From: a phage
Sequence record: PZ445523.1
DNA: 64,000 nt
Reading direction: 5' to 3' (one strand)
This document shows, piece by piece, positions 39,300-49,509 of this stretch. Numbering within the stretch: the stretch's first letter is position 1; each line of letters begins with the position of its first letter. Below the pieces are notes generated by a model, which had not been told where the DNA came from, made no database searches, and saw nothing but the letters and a program-made list of their open reading frames with translations. Made by a program: the position numbers and the translations under genes.

Positions 39300-39761
39300 T
39301 TATTTGATTTGTTTAGCAGACCAAATGCGGTCTTTAATAATTTTTTGGATGTCTTCAACATACTCTAGGTCATGAGCATGTGGATTATCTTTGAAACTAT
39401 GAGCTCGCGCAAGTTTCTGGCCTTCGGTCTTAATTATCAAAAGTTCTTTAAGAATTGCTTCATATCTAGAGATAATTCCTTTAGCAATATTTTTTTCTTG
39501 TGCTGCTTTAGGGTCAGCCTTAGGAGCAGGTTTACCAGAAGGTTTTTCGAAAGCCGCACCAGTAGCAACCAGGCTTTTCCAGGCGGTGGTAACATAGTTA
39601 CCCACAAAGCCTTCAGCTCTCATATCGTCATAGAACTTGTACCGAGATTCGTCAGAAGCATCTTTATAAGAATATTTACCAGCTTTAATAGCAGCAGTTG
39701 CTACAGCGCGAACATCTGAAGCGGATGCTTCGGTCATTAAAAATTGAGCATAAGTTTTCAT
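39300..39761 (-). CDS. Internal-protein-like head protein with capsid targeting sequence
   Basis: N-terminus MKTYAQFLMTEA; late promoter TATAAATA 25 nt upstream; flanked by identical terminator hairpins. Confidence 0.6.
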   Translation of the reverse strand: MKTYAQFLMTEASASDVRAVATAAIKAGKYSYKDASDESRYKFYDDMRAEGFVGNYVTTAWKSLVATGAAFEKPSGKPAPKADPKAAQEKNIAKGIISRYEAILKELLIIKTEGQKLARAHSFKDNPHAHDLEYVEDIQKIIKDRIWSAKQIK

Positions 39762-39789
39762 TGTTATTTCCTGTGTTAATTAACTCATC

Positions 39790-39797
39790 TATTTATA
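39790..39797 (-). promoter_or_regulatory. Late promoter upstream of ip-like gene
   Basis: Minus-strand TATAAATA about 25 nt upstream of the start at 39761. Confidence 0.55.
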
Positions 39798-39800
39798 TCA

Positions 39801-39827
39801 AAAAGCCCCAACCTTTCGGTCGGGGCT
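39801..39827 (-). terminator. Intrinsic terminator, copy 2 of a duplicated element
   Basis: Same 27-nt hairpin as 39266-39292. Confidence 0.7.
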
Positions 39828-39831
39828 AAGC

Positions 39832-40141
39832 CTTGCGGCAACCTTGTCGGGGTTCCACCTGCTAAGGCAAGTGTTTGTACGAAACGCCGGGATTCGAACC
39901 CGGTTATTAAGCAGTTGACGCTACTCAATATTTTTAAAAGGCCATATCTCGACCATATCCGAACGTTCCGTCAAAAACGCTACTCGACTTACGGCAAAGA
40001 TATTTCCTCGAATCGATAATTCGGTGCGCCGTTTCTGCTGTGATGTAAGAGGGCATCAATAAACGCAAAGATTATTAACGCAATTCCTTACTCAGGGAAC
40101 ATCAGTCCGACGACTTACCGGTAGCGACCCGGCTTCTTGTC
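39832..40141 (-). ncRNA. Small stable RNA region (T4 species 1/2, rnaC/rnaD-like) with tRNA-like element
   Basis: No ORF; perfect T-arm-like CCGGGTTCGAATCCCGG on the minus strand (plus 39887-39905); lies between tRNA-Arg and a strong terminator. Confidence 0.45.
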
Positions 40142-40218
40142 TGGTCGAGGCAGAAGGATTCTAACCTTCAACCAACGGATTAGAAATCCGTTGCTCTATA
40201 CAATTGAGCTATGCCCCG
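40142..40218 (-). tRNA. tRNA-Arg, anticodon UCU
   Basis: Hand-folded cloverleaf: acceptor CGGGGCA/TGCCTCG, anticodon loop TTTCTAA, T-loop TTAGAAT, encoded CCA. Confidence 0.7.
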
Positions 40219-40221
40219 TAA

Positions 40222-40887
40222 TTAAAATTTCATTTTTCGACCTTTAAACCATCCTTCTGGAATTGGGTCAGTTTTCTTAATACGTTTAGAAACTTTTTCA
40301 TCTAATGAATGAATCCACATCATACCAAATTGGGAATTCTTTTCACCTTTCTGGTGATTATTTTTAGCGTGAATTTCTTTCATTTTATTAATAGTTTCAA
40401 GAGTATGATGCTTATTTAAAAATCTGCTATTATTTAAAAATTTTTCTTTGTATTCAGGAGTTGACCATAAACGTTTAAATACATTTGAACCATTTTTACG
40501 ATATTTTTCTTGAAGTAAAATATCATTTTCAAAACGTGACTTAAACGATTTAGCTCCTTTTAAGCTAGCATCTTTCTTCTGGTTTAGCATTCCAGGAATA
40601 TTTACATGATCCCATCCGCCTTCACCGCCAAGTTTTAAATTATACACATCTGGTCTATTTAAAAACTCTTCTGTGACAATATTTTTCTCGGCTTCAAGCA
40701 TAGATTCTTTATCATCAAAATACTCTAATATTTCTTTAGAAAAATTTTCTATACCATATTTATCTTGGGCTCTTTTTAATAATTTACCAGAACCCATATA
40801 TCCATCATCTAAATTTTCGGTAGAATGCACACCAATATAAATTTTATTATTAATTTTATTTGTTATTTTATAAGTGTAATAGAACAT
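40222..40887 (-). CDS. segB: GIY-YIG homing endonuclease SegB
   Basis: 221 aa; YKITNKINNKIYIGVHS...GSG GIY-YIG module; sits inside the tRNA cluster as in T4. Confidence 0.8.
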   Translation of the reverse strand: MFYYTYKITNKINNKIYIGVHSTENLDDGYMGSGKLLKRAQDKYGIENFSKEILEYFDDKESMLEAEKNIVTEEFLNRPDVYNLKLGGEGGWDHVNIPGMLNQKKDASLKGAKSFKSRFENDILLQEKYRKNGSNVFKRLWSTPEYKEKFLNNSRFLNKHHTLETINKMKEIHAKNNHQKGEKNSQFGMMWIHSLDEKVSKRIKKTDPIPEGWFKGRKMKF

Positions 40888-40928
40888 AAATATCTCCTAT
40901 TTCTAAGAGTATTTATGTTCTCAAAATA

Positions 40929-41002
40929 TGACCCAGACCAGATTTGAACTGGTAACCTTTCCCTTATGAGGGGACTGCTGCTAACCATTGAGCTACAGGG
41001 CC
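40929..41002 (-). tRNA. tRNA-Ile, anticodon CAU
   Basis: Anticodon loop CTCATAA, T-loop TTCAAAT; D-stem and one acceptor pair imperfect by eye; no encoded CCA. Confidence 0.55.
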
Positions 41003-41003
41003 T

Positions 41004-41079
41004 TGGTGCTGATTGACGGAATCGAACCGCCGACCTTCTCATTACAAGTGAGTTGCTCTACCTACTGAGCTAAATCAGC
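41004..41079 (-). tRNA. tRNA-Thr, anticodon UGU
   Basis: Acceptor GCTGATT/AATCAGC, D-arm GCTCAGTAGGTAGAGC, anticodon loop CTTGTAA, T-loop TTCGATT, encoded CCA. Confidence 0.75.
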
Positions 41080-41081
41080 AA

Positions 41082-41168
41082 CGGAGGCGATAGGATTTGA
41101 ACCTATGAGTCGCCGGAGCGACTGCCGGTTTTCAAGACCGGTGCATTAAACCACTCTGCCACGCCTCC
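41082..41168 (-). tRNA. tRNA-Ser, anticodon UGA
   Basis: Acceptor GGAGGCG/CGCCTCC, anticodon loop CTTGAAA, long variable arm, T-loop TTCAAAT. Confidence 0.75.
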
Positions 41169-41170
41169 AG

Positions 41171-41244
41171 TCTCCGTGGCAGGATTTGAACCTACGACAT
41201 TCTGCTCCCAAAGCAGACGCTCTACCAAACTGAGCTACACGGAG
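41171..41244 (-). tRNA. tRNA-Pro, anticodon UGG
   Basis: Acceptor CTCCGTG/CACGGAG, D-arm GCTCAGTTTGGTAGAGC, anticodon loop TTTGGGA. Confidence 0.75.
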
Positions 41245-41254
41245 TAAATTAAAT

Positions 41255-41328
<74 letters not shown>

Positions 41329-41333
41329 AAATT

Positions 41334-41420
41334 TGGTACGAGAAGTGGGACTCGAACCCACAAGGAAATCATTCCGCAGCATTTTAAGTGCTGTGCCTTT
41401 ACCAATTTGGCCATTCTCGC
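41334..41420 (-). tRNA. tRNA-Leu, anticodon UAA
   Basis: Acceptor GCGAGAA/TTCTCGT, anticodon loop CTTAAAA, long variable arm, encoded CCA. Confidence 0.75.
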
Positions 41421-41421
41421 G

Positions 41422-41494
41422 CTGGGAATAAAGGACTCGAACCTTTGCATCTAGCAGTCAAAGTGCTATGCCTTACCAACTTGGCTAATTCCCA
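41422..41494 (-). tRNA. tRNA-Gln, anticodon UUG
   Basis: Acceptor TGGGAAT/ATTCCCA, anticodon stem TAGCA/TGCTA with loop CTTTGAC, T-loop TTCGAGT. Confidence 0.75.
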
Positions 41495-41591
41495 ATTATT
41501 AACAAAGGCTCTCAAACAAGAACCCTTGATGATAGAGGGTATTAATCAGTGCGGTATGAGTTAATAATAACAAATAATTCTTAAAGCATAT

Positions 41592-41879
41592 TTACCATTT
41601 ATGATAATACGTATTTACGATACATTCAAGACCCAAAGGATTCTTGAAAATATCATATTCAAGAGGACCTTTTTCTGTTTCAATAAAGAAATCAAAATTT
41701 ACTGTATTAAATTTACGGTCTTCCTTCACTAATTTAACTTGAGAAGATGAACGGTCAATGTAAACCTTTTCAACTTCAAAACATGTTAAAATTCCATAAT
41801 CATCAATCAAGGCTTTAGCAGCGTCTTGATCATATTTATATCCATTTTCAATGGACGATACTTTCGCATAAAGAATCAT
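41592..41879 (-). CDS. Hypothetical protein
   Basis: 95-aa ORF. Confidence 0.4.
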   Translation of the reverse strand: MILYAKVSSIENGYKYDQDAAKALIDDYGILTCFEVEKVYIDRSSSQVKLVKEDRKFNTVNFDFFIETEKGPLEYDIFKNPLGLECIVNTYYHKW

Positions 41880-41881
41880 TA

Positions 41882-42292
41882 TCAGCCTCTATCAACGATA
41901 GTATGAGTATGGGCATTTACGATTTGCCACCAGTCGAAACGATTGGAACCATAATCTGGTTTATTTTCATTTTCTTTAATGATATCACGCAGTTTATCTT
42001 CTGTTTCAGCATACGCAATTAAATCATCATATCCACCACAAGGATAATAATTATCACCTGCGAATAAAAGAAAATTTACCTTAGATGGATTTACGTAATA
42101 ATGGTCTTTAGGATATTTAGTTCCTCTCCAATCAGTTACTTCAACATAACGATAAGAAAATCCATTTTTACTTTCAATCCAACTCCACGCTTCAAAAGGA
42201 GTATTAAAAACTTTATCAGGTATTAAATTACCTTCAAAATGAGAAGGATTTGCATAATCCCCGGCATAAACATAATATTCGTTAATACTCAT
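41882..42292 (-). CDS. Hypothetical protein
   Basis: 136-aa ORF, aromatic-rich. Confidence 0.45.
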   Translation of the reverse strand: MSINEYYVYAGDYANPSHFEGNLIPDKVFNTPFEAWSWIESKNGFSYRYVEVTDWRGTKYPKDHYYVNPSKVNFLLFAGDNYYPCGGYDDLIAYAETEDKLRDIIKENENKPDYGSNRFDWWQIVNAHTHTIVDRG

Positions 42293-42478
42293 TTATTCAC
42301 CTTTAGAAATTTTATCCATAACGATAGCGATTAAACCAATTAAAAATGCTACTACAAGTGAAAACACATTTTCTGCTGTAGTCAGTAATCCGCATATAAA
42401 TCCAACAAACATTGAAAAACTAAAAGCGGAAGCAGAAATTGCAATAGCAACATTTCGAATTAATTCACAGCGTTTCAT
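42293..42478 (-). CDS. Small membrane protein
   Basis: 61 aa, two hydrophobic helices; own early promoter. Confidence 0.4.
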   Translation of the reverse strand: MKRCELIRNVAIAISASAFSFSMFVGFICGLLTTAENVFSLVVAFLIGLIAIVMDKISKGE

Positions 42479-42506
42479 TTTATTCTCCTCAGTAGTTGAT
42501 AGGGTA

Positions 42507-42536
42507 ATAATATCACCACCCTATCTAAAAGTAAAC
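42507..42536 (-). promoter_or_regulatory. Early promoter
   Basis: GTTTAC, 18 nt, TATTAT; spacer is palindromic. Confidence 0.6.
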
Positions 42537-42546
42537 GGTTTATAAA

Positions 42547-42855
42547 CTATTTTATTCCGCGTGATGCAATTGTGTTCTGTCGTTTAACGCCAGTTTGTTT
42601 AAAGTCATGATTGTCGATTTGATCGGTACGAGCAACTCCGAATGATGATTTGATCTTAGCTTTAGATCCTTTAGTTATAGAAATAAACATCTCGGAAGCC
42701 CCTTTCTTAAAGTCCGAGGCGATTACTTCAACGCCGTTCTTAGCAAGTGACTTCAGAATTGCCTCCGCATACTCATCGTCAAGACTCGCCTGAGTATTAA
42801 TAACGAATGTCTTTGGTGCAGCAGCTTCATTGATAAATTCTTTAAATGTTTTCAT
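42547..42855 (-). CDS. Internal-protein-like protein with capsid targeting sequence (ipI-like position)
   Basis: N-terminus MKTFKEFINEAAA; adjacent to 57B as ipI is in T4. Confidence 0.6.
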   Translation of the reverse strand: MKTFKEFINEAAAPKTFVINTQASLDDEYAEAILKSLAKNGVEVIASDFKKGASEMFISITKGSKAKIKSSFGVARTDQIDNHDFKQTGVKRQNTIASRGIK

Positions 42856-42885
42856 TTTATTTTCCTAATTAATTTTGATAGGGTA

Positions 42886-42915
42886 ATAGTATCACTACTA
42901 AAACCCTGTGTAAAC
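42886..42915 (-). promoter_or_regulatory. Early promoter of ipI-like gene
   Basis: GTTTAC, 18 nt, TACTAT. Confidence 0.6.
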
Positions 42916-42927
42916 AACTTTGTGAAA

Positions 42928-43185
42928 TTATTTTAAATCTTCTAATCGTTTCTTCATCTTAGAACCGTTCTTAGCGATTTCGCCTGCATCAGAGCATAAT
43001 GCTAAAAGCGCTTTAACTTTAGTTTGGTCTCCTTTAAAAGATGAAGGATCAACAGCAGCAGCAAGTTCTTTAATACGAGAGAAAAGACGCTCAGCTTCAG
43101 CTAAAGCCATTCCAAGCTTTACTTCCATACCATGAGAAGATTCAGTAATAGTAGTTTTTGTAGCAAACTCTTTGAAAGTTTTCAT
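42928..43185 (-). CDS. Internal-protein-like protein with capsid targeting sequence
   Basis: N-terminus MKTFKEFATKT; promoter and leader are near-duplicates of those of the neighbour. Confidence 0.55.
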   Translation of the reverse strand: MKTFKEFATKTTITESSHGMEVKLGMALAEAERLFSRIKELAAAVDPSSFKGDQTKVKALLALCSDAGEIAKNGSKMKKRLEDLK

Positions 43186-43215
43186 TTTATTTTCCTAATT
43201 AATTTTGATGAGGTA

Positions 43216-43245
43216 ATAGTATCACTACCTCATCAGTATGTAAAC
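43216..43245 (-). promoter_or_regulatory. Early promoter of second ip-like gene
   Basis: GTTTAC, 18 nt, TACTAT; near-duplicate of the promoter at 42886-42915. Confidence 0.6.
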
Positions 43246-43257
43246 AACTTTGTGAAA

Positions 43258-43942
<685 letters not shown>

Positions 43943-43943
<1 letters not shown>

Positions 43944-44668
43944 TATAGTACCTTTAGTGTATTTTTAATTTTAGAAAAAAGTTCTTCAAGAGAACCATCG
44001 TTTGTAATTACTAAATCGCCATCACGAATTGGCAATCCAGCTTCTGTAATATGTGTATCATTGGATTTTTGACCAGGACGAACTACATGAATTACTGTAG
44101 CACCCATCGCCCTAGCCGCATCCATTTCATGATCTTGACGAGTATCAGGAACGATATAATAATCATAACCTGTGTTAAATTTATCAAGATAATCTAAAGC
44201 AAATAATTTTACCCAGTACATGCGGTCGAAGTTATTAACAATCAAATCCGTACCTAGGGCTTGCATCAGACGACGGACTGACCATTGATCTTCAATATTA
44301 TTTATAACGTCAATAATCTTGTTAAATGCTACGGAATTAACTGATTCTTGTCCTTCGTCATCAAAAACAAACACACCTTTAATTGGGCTTTTACCATTAA
44401 GATAGCAAAATGCTTGTTCCATAATCGTGATTACTTCTAATTTAGTCAGATTTAAATTAGTCTCACGATCATAGTCAATTCCTTCAAACTCTTTACGAGT
44501 TAAGCAAGGATAGTCGGTATTTGCTGCAAATACCCCCCATGCATAAACCAATGCATCCTTAATAGGACCAGCAAGTTGGTATTTAACTGCAGAATAATTG
44601 CTCATGATAAAATCAGCAGTAGTATCTTTTCCACTACGCTTTACACCGCTTAAAAAGATTAGTTTCAT
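43943..44668 (-). CDS. 1: Deoxynucleoside monophosphate kinase gp1
   Basis: 241 aa from MKLIFLSGVKRSGKDTT (P-loop). Confidence 0.85.
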
Positions 44669-44717
44669 GTGTTTCTCCTCAAATTTAATTAAGATTATAA
44701 CACACAAAACTGAAGCA

Positions 44718-45248
44718 TTAAACTTCTGCTATAATTTTACCATCTTTTTCTACTTGAAAATAGGTGTAAGGAATTGTTGCAGTACATACTAAAGCCGGGT
44801 CTGAATCTTCCGTGTAGCTAAATTCTACTTCAGATAGGTCAGAAACCCAAGGCTTATAAAAATTTATTGACATCACGATTTCAGTTTTGCTATTATCTAA
44901 GATGTAAAGCGTAATGTACTCAGGACCTGTTTTTTGGGCAGTATTTTCACCTGTAAGATAGTTGCTAGTTCCTAGCATCCATTCATACATTCCTATCCAT
45001 GACTTAAGTTCTTCATCAACTATAAATCTCACAATGAGTGGATCATACTCGAATGTAACACCTGGACGTTGTGCTCGGCCCAGTCCAAACGGCCCAGTCA
45101 CGGTATCAGTAACAGGTATTCTAATTCCTGGAATAGGAACTGACTGAGCATTTAAAGTAAAAGCAGATGTAGTATTACTATGTGGTATTGATACTACAAA
45201 GTTAGTTGTATTTGCTTGGTTAAAAATTTGTTGCAGAGCTTGCGACAT
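44718..45248 (-). CDS. 3: Tail sheath stabiliser / tail completion protein gp3
   Basis: About 176 aa from an internal Met; synteny 1-3-2-4. Confidence 0.7.
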   Translation of the reverse strand: MSQALQQIFNQANTTNFVVSIPHSNTTSAFTLNAQSVPIPGIRIPVTDTVTGPFGLGRAQRPGVTFEYDPLIVRFIVDEELKSWIGMYEWMLGTSNYLTGENTAQKTGPEYITLYILDNSKTEIVMSINFYKPWVSDLSEVEFSYTEDSDPALVCTATIPYTYFQVEKDGKIIAEV

Positions 45249-45354
45249 ATATTCCTCATAATGCTTTATAACTGTTGGTGGTATAATGGGTCTAAGTCCC
45301 TTCCATTCAATTCCATTTAGAACAAACAACAGAAAAGAATGGAAGATAATAGAA

Positions 45355-46179
45355 TTAGATATTTGACCAGACTTTGTTTGCAGAGAAACGTTTTCCTTTT
45401 GAAACGAACTGCTGAAGTGGCATTAACACAACGTTCGCCCAGTCTTTCGGGGCGATTTCAACAAGGCTACCCATAATATTACCAGGTATATATGCCTTAA
45501 TCATTTGGTCTGCACCCCTAAATCCTTTCACTTGACTCCAATCAATTTTTAATTTCGTTTTATTAGTAATAGTAGGTGTATTTGCATATTGCTTTAAAAG
45601 CTCTTCTAGGAATTGCTGACGAGCTTTAGGTGGAATATAGTGCAAGTTTAATCCGTACATTAAATTATGCTTACCTAAACCAAGGTAAATTATCAAAGGA
45701 AATTTATCCCAGTAAGGAAGAGTTTCCTTGTGTTTAGCATCATAAGCAAAAGCATATATTCGTCCCGGCTGCGGGCGAACAACTTTATGTCCTTTTACTT
45801 GCTTAATAGTTTCAGCAAACCACTTTCTGGTTTTATTATTAATTGCTGCACCTTCATTACGAATTTTATCGCGCAATGTTTGTCTGAATGAATTTATCAT
45901 AAGCAGTTGTCTTTCTTGCTTATTGAGTTTATTCATTGGTTTTGATTCAAGCTTTTGAATCTTTTCAGCCGTTTTAATTCCTGAAGCATATTTTGACATT
46001 GCCGAAGTAAACGTAGAGTATTTGATTCCTCTTTCTTCAGCAAATTGCTTTCCTGTCATTCCTTTTGCTTTGGCCTTTTTATATTCAAGACCTATCTGAA
46101 TCCATTTCTTTTCATTTAATGATTGCTTAACCTTTGGAACTTGGGGAGTGCTTTCATTAATTATTTGAAAAATAGCCAT
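45355..46179 (-). CDS. 2: DNA end protector protein gp2
   Basis: 274 aa; synteny. Confidence 0.75.
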
Positions 46180-46631
46180 TATGCCCCCTTAAAGCCAAGA
46201 GCTCGTAATCCATCTTCTGTTAGAATTCTAAATTTTATTCCACGCTTTTCAGCTAAAGATTGTGCTGCTTTCCATTTGTCAGTGTTCACAGACCAGGTAT
46301 AAATTTCATTCATAAATCTTTTCTTCGCTGCTGTTGTTAGATGCGCCGGTTTAACTGGTGGTTGTGTTTCTTTTTTAGGTTTTATTTCAATAAAAAATTC
46401 TTGCCCAGAAGAATCTTTCATCCAAATATCCATGAAGTATCTACGTTTTTTCCCTTCTGCATTACAAAAATAAGGAATTACTGCTGTTTCACTACCCCAT
46501 GCAATAATTTCTGGATTTTTATCTAACCATTCAAAAAAGAATTTTTCCCAATTTGATCTATACGTAATTTTTTTAGGGTCACCTCTATACTTTGATATAT
46601 TTTTAGGAACCCATTTTCCAGAATATGCCAT
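46179..46631 (-). CDS. 4: Head completion protein gp4
   Basis: 150 aa; synteny; minus-strand late promoter upstream. Confidence 0.75.
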
Positions 46632-46642
46632 TGGATTCTCCT

Positions 46643-46650
46643 TATAAATA
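46643..46650 (+). promoter_or_regulatory. Late promoter for gene 53
   Basis: Plus-strand TATAAATA 28 nt upstream of the gene 53 start. Confidence 0.65.
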
Positions 46651-46657
46651 GATAATA

Positions 46658-46665
46658 TATTTATA
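46658..46665 (-). promoter_or_regulatory. Late promoter for gene 4
   Basis: Minus-strand TATAAATA in the 47-bp intergenic region; divergent from the gene 53 promoter. Confidence 0.55.
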
Positions 46666-46678
46666 AACAGGAGGGCCC

Positions 46679-47269
46679 ATGCTCTTTACATTTTTTGATC
46701 CGATTGAATATGCGGCCAAAACGGTGAATAAAAACGCGCCGACTATTCCTATGACAGATATTTTTAGAAACTATAAAGACTATTTTAAACGTGCTCTTGC
46801 GGGATACCGCTTACGTACTTATTATATTAAAGGTTCACCACGCCCGGAAGAATTAGCAAATACTATATATGGAAATCCACAGTTGTATTGGGTTTTATTG
46901 ATGTGTAATGATAATTATGATCCATATTATGGATGGATTACTTCGCAAGAAGCTGCTTATCAAGCATCTATACAAAAATACAAAAATGTAGGTGGAGACC
47001 AAATAGTATATCACGTGAATGAGAATGGTGAAAAATTTTATAATTTAGTATCATACGATGATAATCCATATGTTTGGTATGACAAAGGTGATAAAGCTAG
47101 AAAATATCCTCAATATGAAGGAGCGCTTGCTGCGGTCGATACGTATGAAGCGGCTGTTCTTGAAAATGAAAAACTTCGTCAAATAAAAATAATAGCAAAA
47201 TCAGACATCAATTCATTTATGAACGACCTTATACGTATAATGGAGAAATCTTATGGAAATGATAAGTAA
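46679..47269 (+). CDS. 53: Baseplate wedge protein gp53
   Basis: 196 aa; late promoter TATAAATA at 46643-46650. Confidence 0.85.
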   Translation: MLFTFFDPIEYAAKTVNKNAPTIPMTDIFRNYKDYFKRALAGYRLRTYYIKGSPRPEELANTIYGNPQLYWVLLMCNDNYDPYYGWITSQEAAYQASIQKYKNVGGDQIVYHVNENGEKFYNLVSYDDNPYVWYDKGDKARKYPQYEGALAAVDTYEAAVLENEKLRQIKIIAKSDINSFMNDLIRIMEKSYGNDK

Positions 47270-48980
47270 TAACCTTAATTGGTTTGTTGGTGTTGTTGAA
47301 GATAGAATGGACCCATTAAAATTAGGTCGTGTTCGTGTTCGTGTGGTTGGTCTGCATCCACCTCAAAGAGCACAAGGTGATGTAATGGGTATTCCAACTG
47401 AAAAATTACCATGGATGTCAGTTATTCAACCTATAACTTCTGCAGCAATGTCAGGAATTGGAGGTTCTGTTACAGGACCAGTAGAAGGAACTAGAGTTTA
47501 TGGTCATTTTTTAGACAAATGGAAAACTAACGGAATTGTCCTTGGCACGTATGGTGGAATAGTTCGCGAAAAACCGAATAGACTTGAAGGATTTTCTGAC
47601 CCAACTGGGCAATATCCTAGACGTTTAGGAAATGATACTAATGTATTAAACCAAGGCGGAGAAGTAGGATATGATTCGTCTTCTAATATTATTCAAGATA
47701 GTAATCTAGACACCGCAATAAATCCCGATGATAGACCGCTATCAGAGATTCCAACCGATGATAATCCAAATATGTCAATGGCTGACATGCTTCGCCGTGA
47801 TGAAGGATTAAGACTAAAAGTTTATTGGGATACTGAAGGATATCCGACAATTGGTATTGGTCATCTTATCATGAAGCAGCCAGTTCGTGATATGGCTCAA
47901 ATTAATAAAGTTTTATCAAAACAAGTTGGTCGTGAAATTACTGGAAACCCAGGTTCTATTACGATGGAAGAGGCGACGACTTTATTTGAACGTGATTTGG
48001 CTGATATGCAACGGGACATTAAATCACATTCTAAAGTAGGACCAGTCTGGCAAGCTGTCAACCGTTCTCGTCAAATGGCGTTAGAAAATATGGCATTTCA
48101 AATGGGTGTTGGCGGTGTAGCTAAATTTAACACAATGTTAACTGCTATGTTAGCCGGAGATTGGGAAAAAGCATATAAAGCTGGTCGTGATTCATTGTGG
48201 TATCAACAAACAAAAGGCCGTGCATCCCGTGTTACCATGATTATTCTTACGGGGAATTTGGAATCATATGGTGTTGAAGTGAAAACCCCAGCTAGGTCTC
48301 TATCAGCAATGGCTGCTACTGTAGCTAAATCTTCTGACCCGGCTGACCCTCCTATTCCAAATGACTCGAGAATTTTATTCAAAGAACCAGTTTCTTCATA
48401 TAAAGGCGAATATCCTTATGTGCATACAATGGAAACTGAAAGCGGACATATCCAAGAATTTGATGATACCCCTGGGCAAGAACGATACAGATTAGTTCAT
48501 CCGACTGGAACTTATGAAGAAGTATCACCGTCAGGAAGAAGAACAAGAAAAACTGTCGATAATTTGTATGATATAACCAACGCTGATGGTAATTTTTTGG
48601 TAGCCGGTGATAAAAAGACTAACGTCGGTGGATCAGAAATTTATTACAACATGGATAATCGTCTTCACCAAATAGATGGAAGCAATACAATATTTGTACG
48701 TGGCGATGAAACTAAGACGGTTGAAGGTAATGGAACTATCCTAGTTAAAGGTAATGTTACTATTGTAGTTGAAGGTAATGCTGACATCACAGTTAAAGGA
48801 GATGCTACCACTTTAGTTGAAGGTAATCAAACTAATACAGTAAATGGAAATCTTTCTTGGAAAGTTGCTGGGACAGTTGATTGGGACGTTGGTGGTGATT
48901 GGACAGAAAAAATGGCATCTATGAGTTCTATTTCATCTGGTCAATACACAATTGATGGATCGAGGATTGACATTGGCTAA
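47253..48980 (+). CDS. 5: Baseplate hub and cell-puncturing protein gp5 with lysozyme domain
   Basis: 575 aa; internal domain MADMLRRDEGLRLKVYWDTEGYPTIGIGHL is paralogous to lysozyme e; C-terminal VEGN-type beta-helix repeats. Confidence 0.9.
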   Translation: MEMISNNLNWFVGVVEDRMDPLKLGRVRVRVVGLHPPQRAQGDVMGIPTEKLPWMSVIQPITSAAMSGIGGSVTGPVEGTRVYGHFLDKWKTNGIVLGTYGGIVREKPNRLEGFSDPTGQYPRRLGNDTNVLNQGGEVGYDSSSNIIQDSNLDTAINPDDRPLSEIPTDDNPNMSMADMLRRDEGLRLKVYWDTEGYPTIGIGHLIMKQPVRDMAQINKVLSKQVGREITGNPGSITMEEATTLFERDLADMQRDIKSHSKVGPVWQAVNRSRQMALENMAFQMGVGGVAKFNTMLTAMLAGDWEKAYKAGRDSLWYQQTKGRASRVTMIILTGNLESYGVEVKTPARSLSAMAATVAKSSDPADPPIPNDSRILFKEPVSSYKGEYPYVHTMETESGHIQEFDDTPGQERYRLVHPTGTYEEVSPSGRRTRKTVDNLYDITNADGNFLVAGDKKTNVGGSEIYYNMDNRLHQIDGSNTIFVRGDETKTVEGNGTILVKGNVTIVVEGNADITVKGDATTLVEGNQTNTVNGNLSWKVAGTVDWDVGGDWTEKMASMSSISSGQYTIDGSRIDIG

Positions 48981-49509
48981 TATACTTCCAATGAGCGCTG
49001 ATTTAGGAGAATCCATGGAAGGTTCTTCTATCGACGTCACCTTTACCGCTCAATTAGAAACAGGTGAAACGTTAGTATCTATAAATATAACTAGTTACGA
49101 AGAAACTCCTGGGGTTTTAGTAGAAGAAAATCGCTTATACGGAACATATGAATCTGTGTTTGGATTTGGAAATGACGCGTTGAAATATCGACTAGGCGAT
49201 GAATTTAGAACTGCTGCTTCATGGGAAGAACTTCCTATTGATTCTGATACTCAGTTGTATTTGTGGAAAGCTCCTCAAAATCTCCAGAAGACATTCACTT
49301 ACGAAGTAACATTAATATATGACTACCAAGAACAAAGCGAATCTGGAGGTTCTGGCAGTAATTCTAGGTCATCTTCTGATACTACTGAACCGACAGATCC
49401 TCCTGCTCCAGTAAGAAAAACTCTAGTTAAAAATTACACAAAAACTATAGTTGGAAATTGGAGTCGTTGGGCTAATAAATTAAGAAGCTATGTATATGAG
49501 AGGTCATAA
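48952..49509 (+). CDS. 5.1: gp5.1-like baseplate-associated protein
   Basis: ORF between 5 and 5.4; start could be 48952 or the internal Met near 48991. Confidence 0.55.
   Translation: MMDRGLTLANILPMSADLGESMEGSSIDVTFTAQLETGETLVSINITSYEETPGVLVEENRLYGTYESVFGFGNDALKYRLGDEFRTAASWEELPIDSDTQLYLWKAPQNLQKTFTYEVTLIYDYQEQSESGGSGSNSRSSSDTTEPTDPPAPVRKTLVKNYTKTIVGNWSRWANKLRSYVYERS

Larger units (their letters stand above)
42856..43257 (-). repeat. Tandem duplicated promoter-leader-CTS cassette of the ip-like genes
   Basis: 42856-42927 and 43186-43257 are near-identical (cattttattttcctaattaattttgat...gtaaacaactttgtgaaattattttaaatc) and both genes begin ATGAAAAC(T/A)TT(C/T)AAAGA(G/A)TTT. Confidence 0.7.

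Noticed and set aside
47700-48300. Second lysozyme gene inside gene 5
   Set aside because: It is the known internal lysozyme domain of the gp5 cell-puncturing protein, in frame with the rest of gene 5, not a separate gene or duplication artefact.
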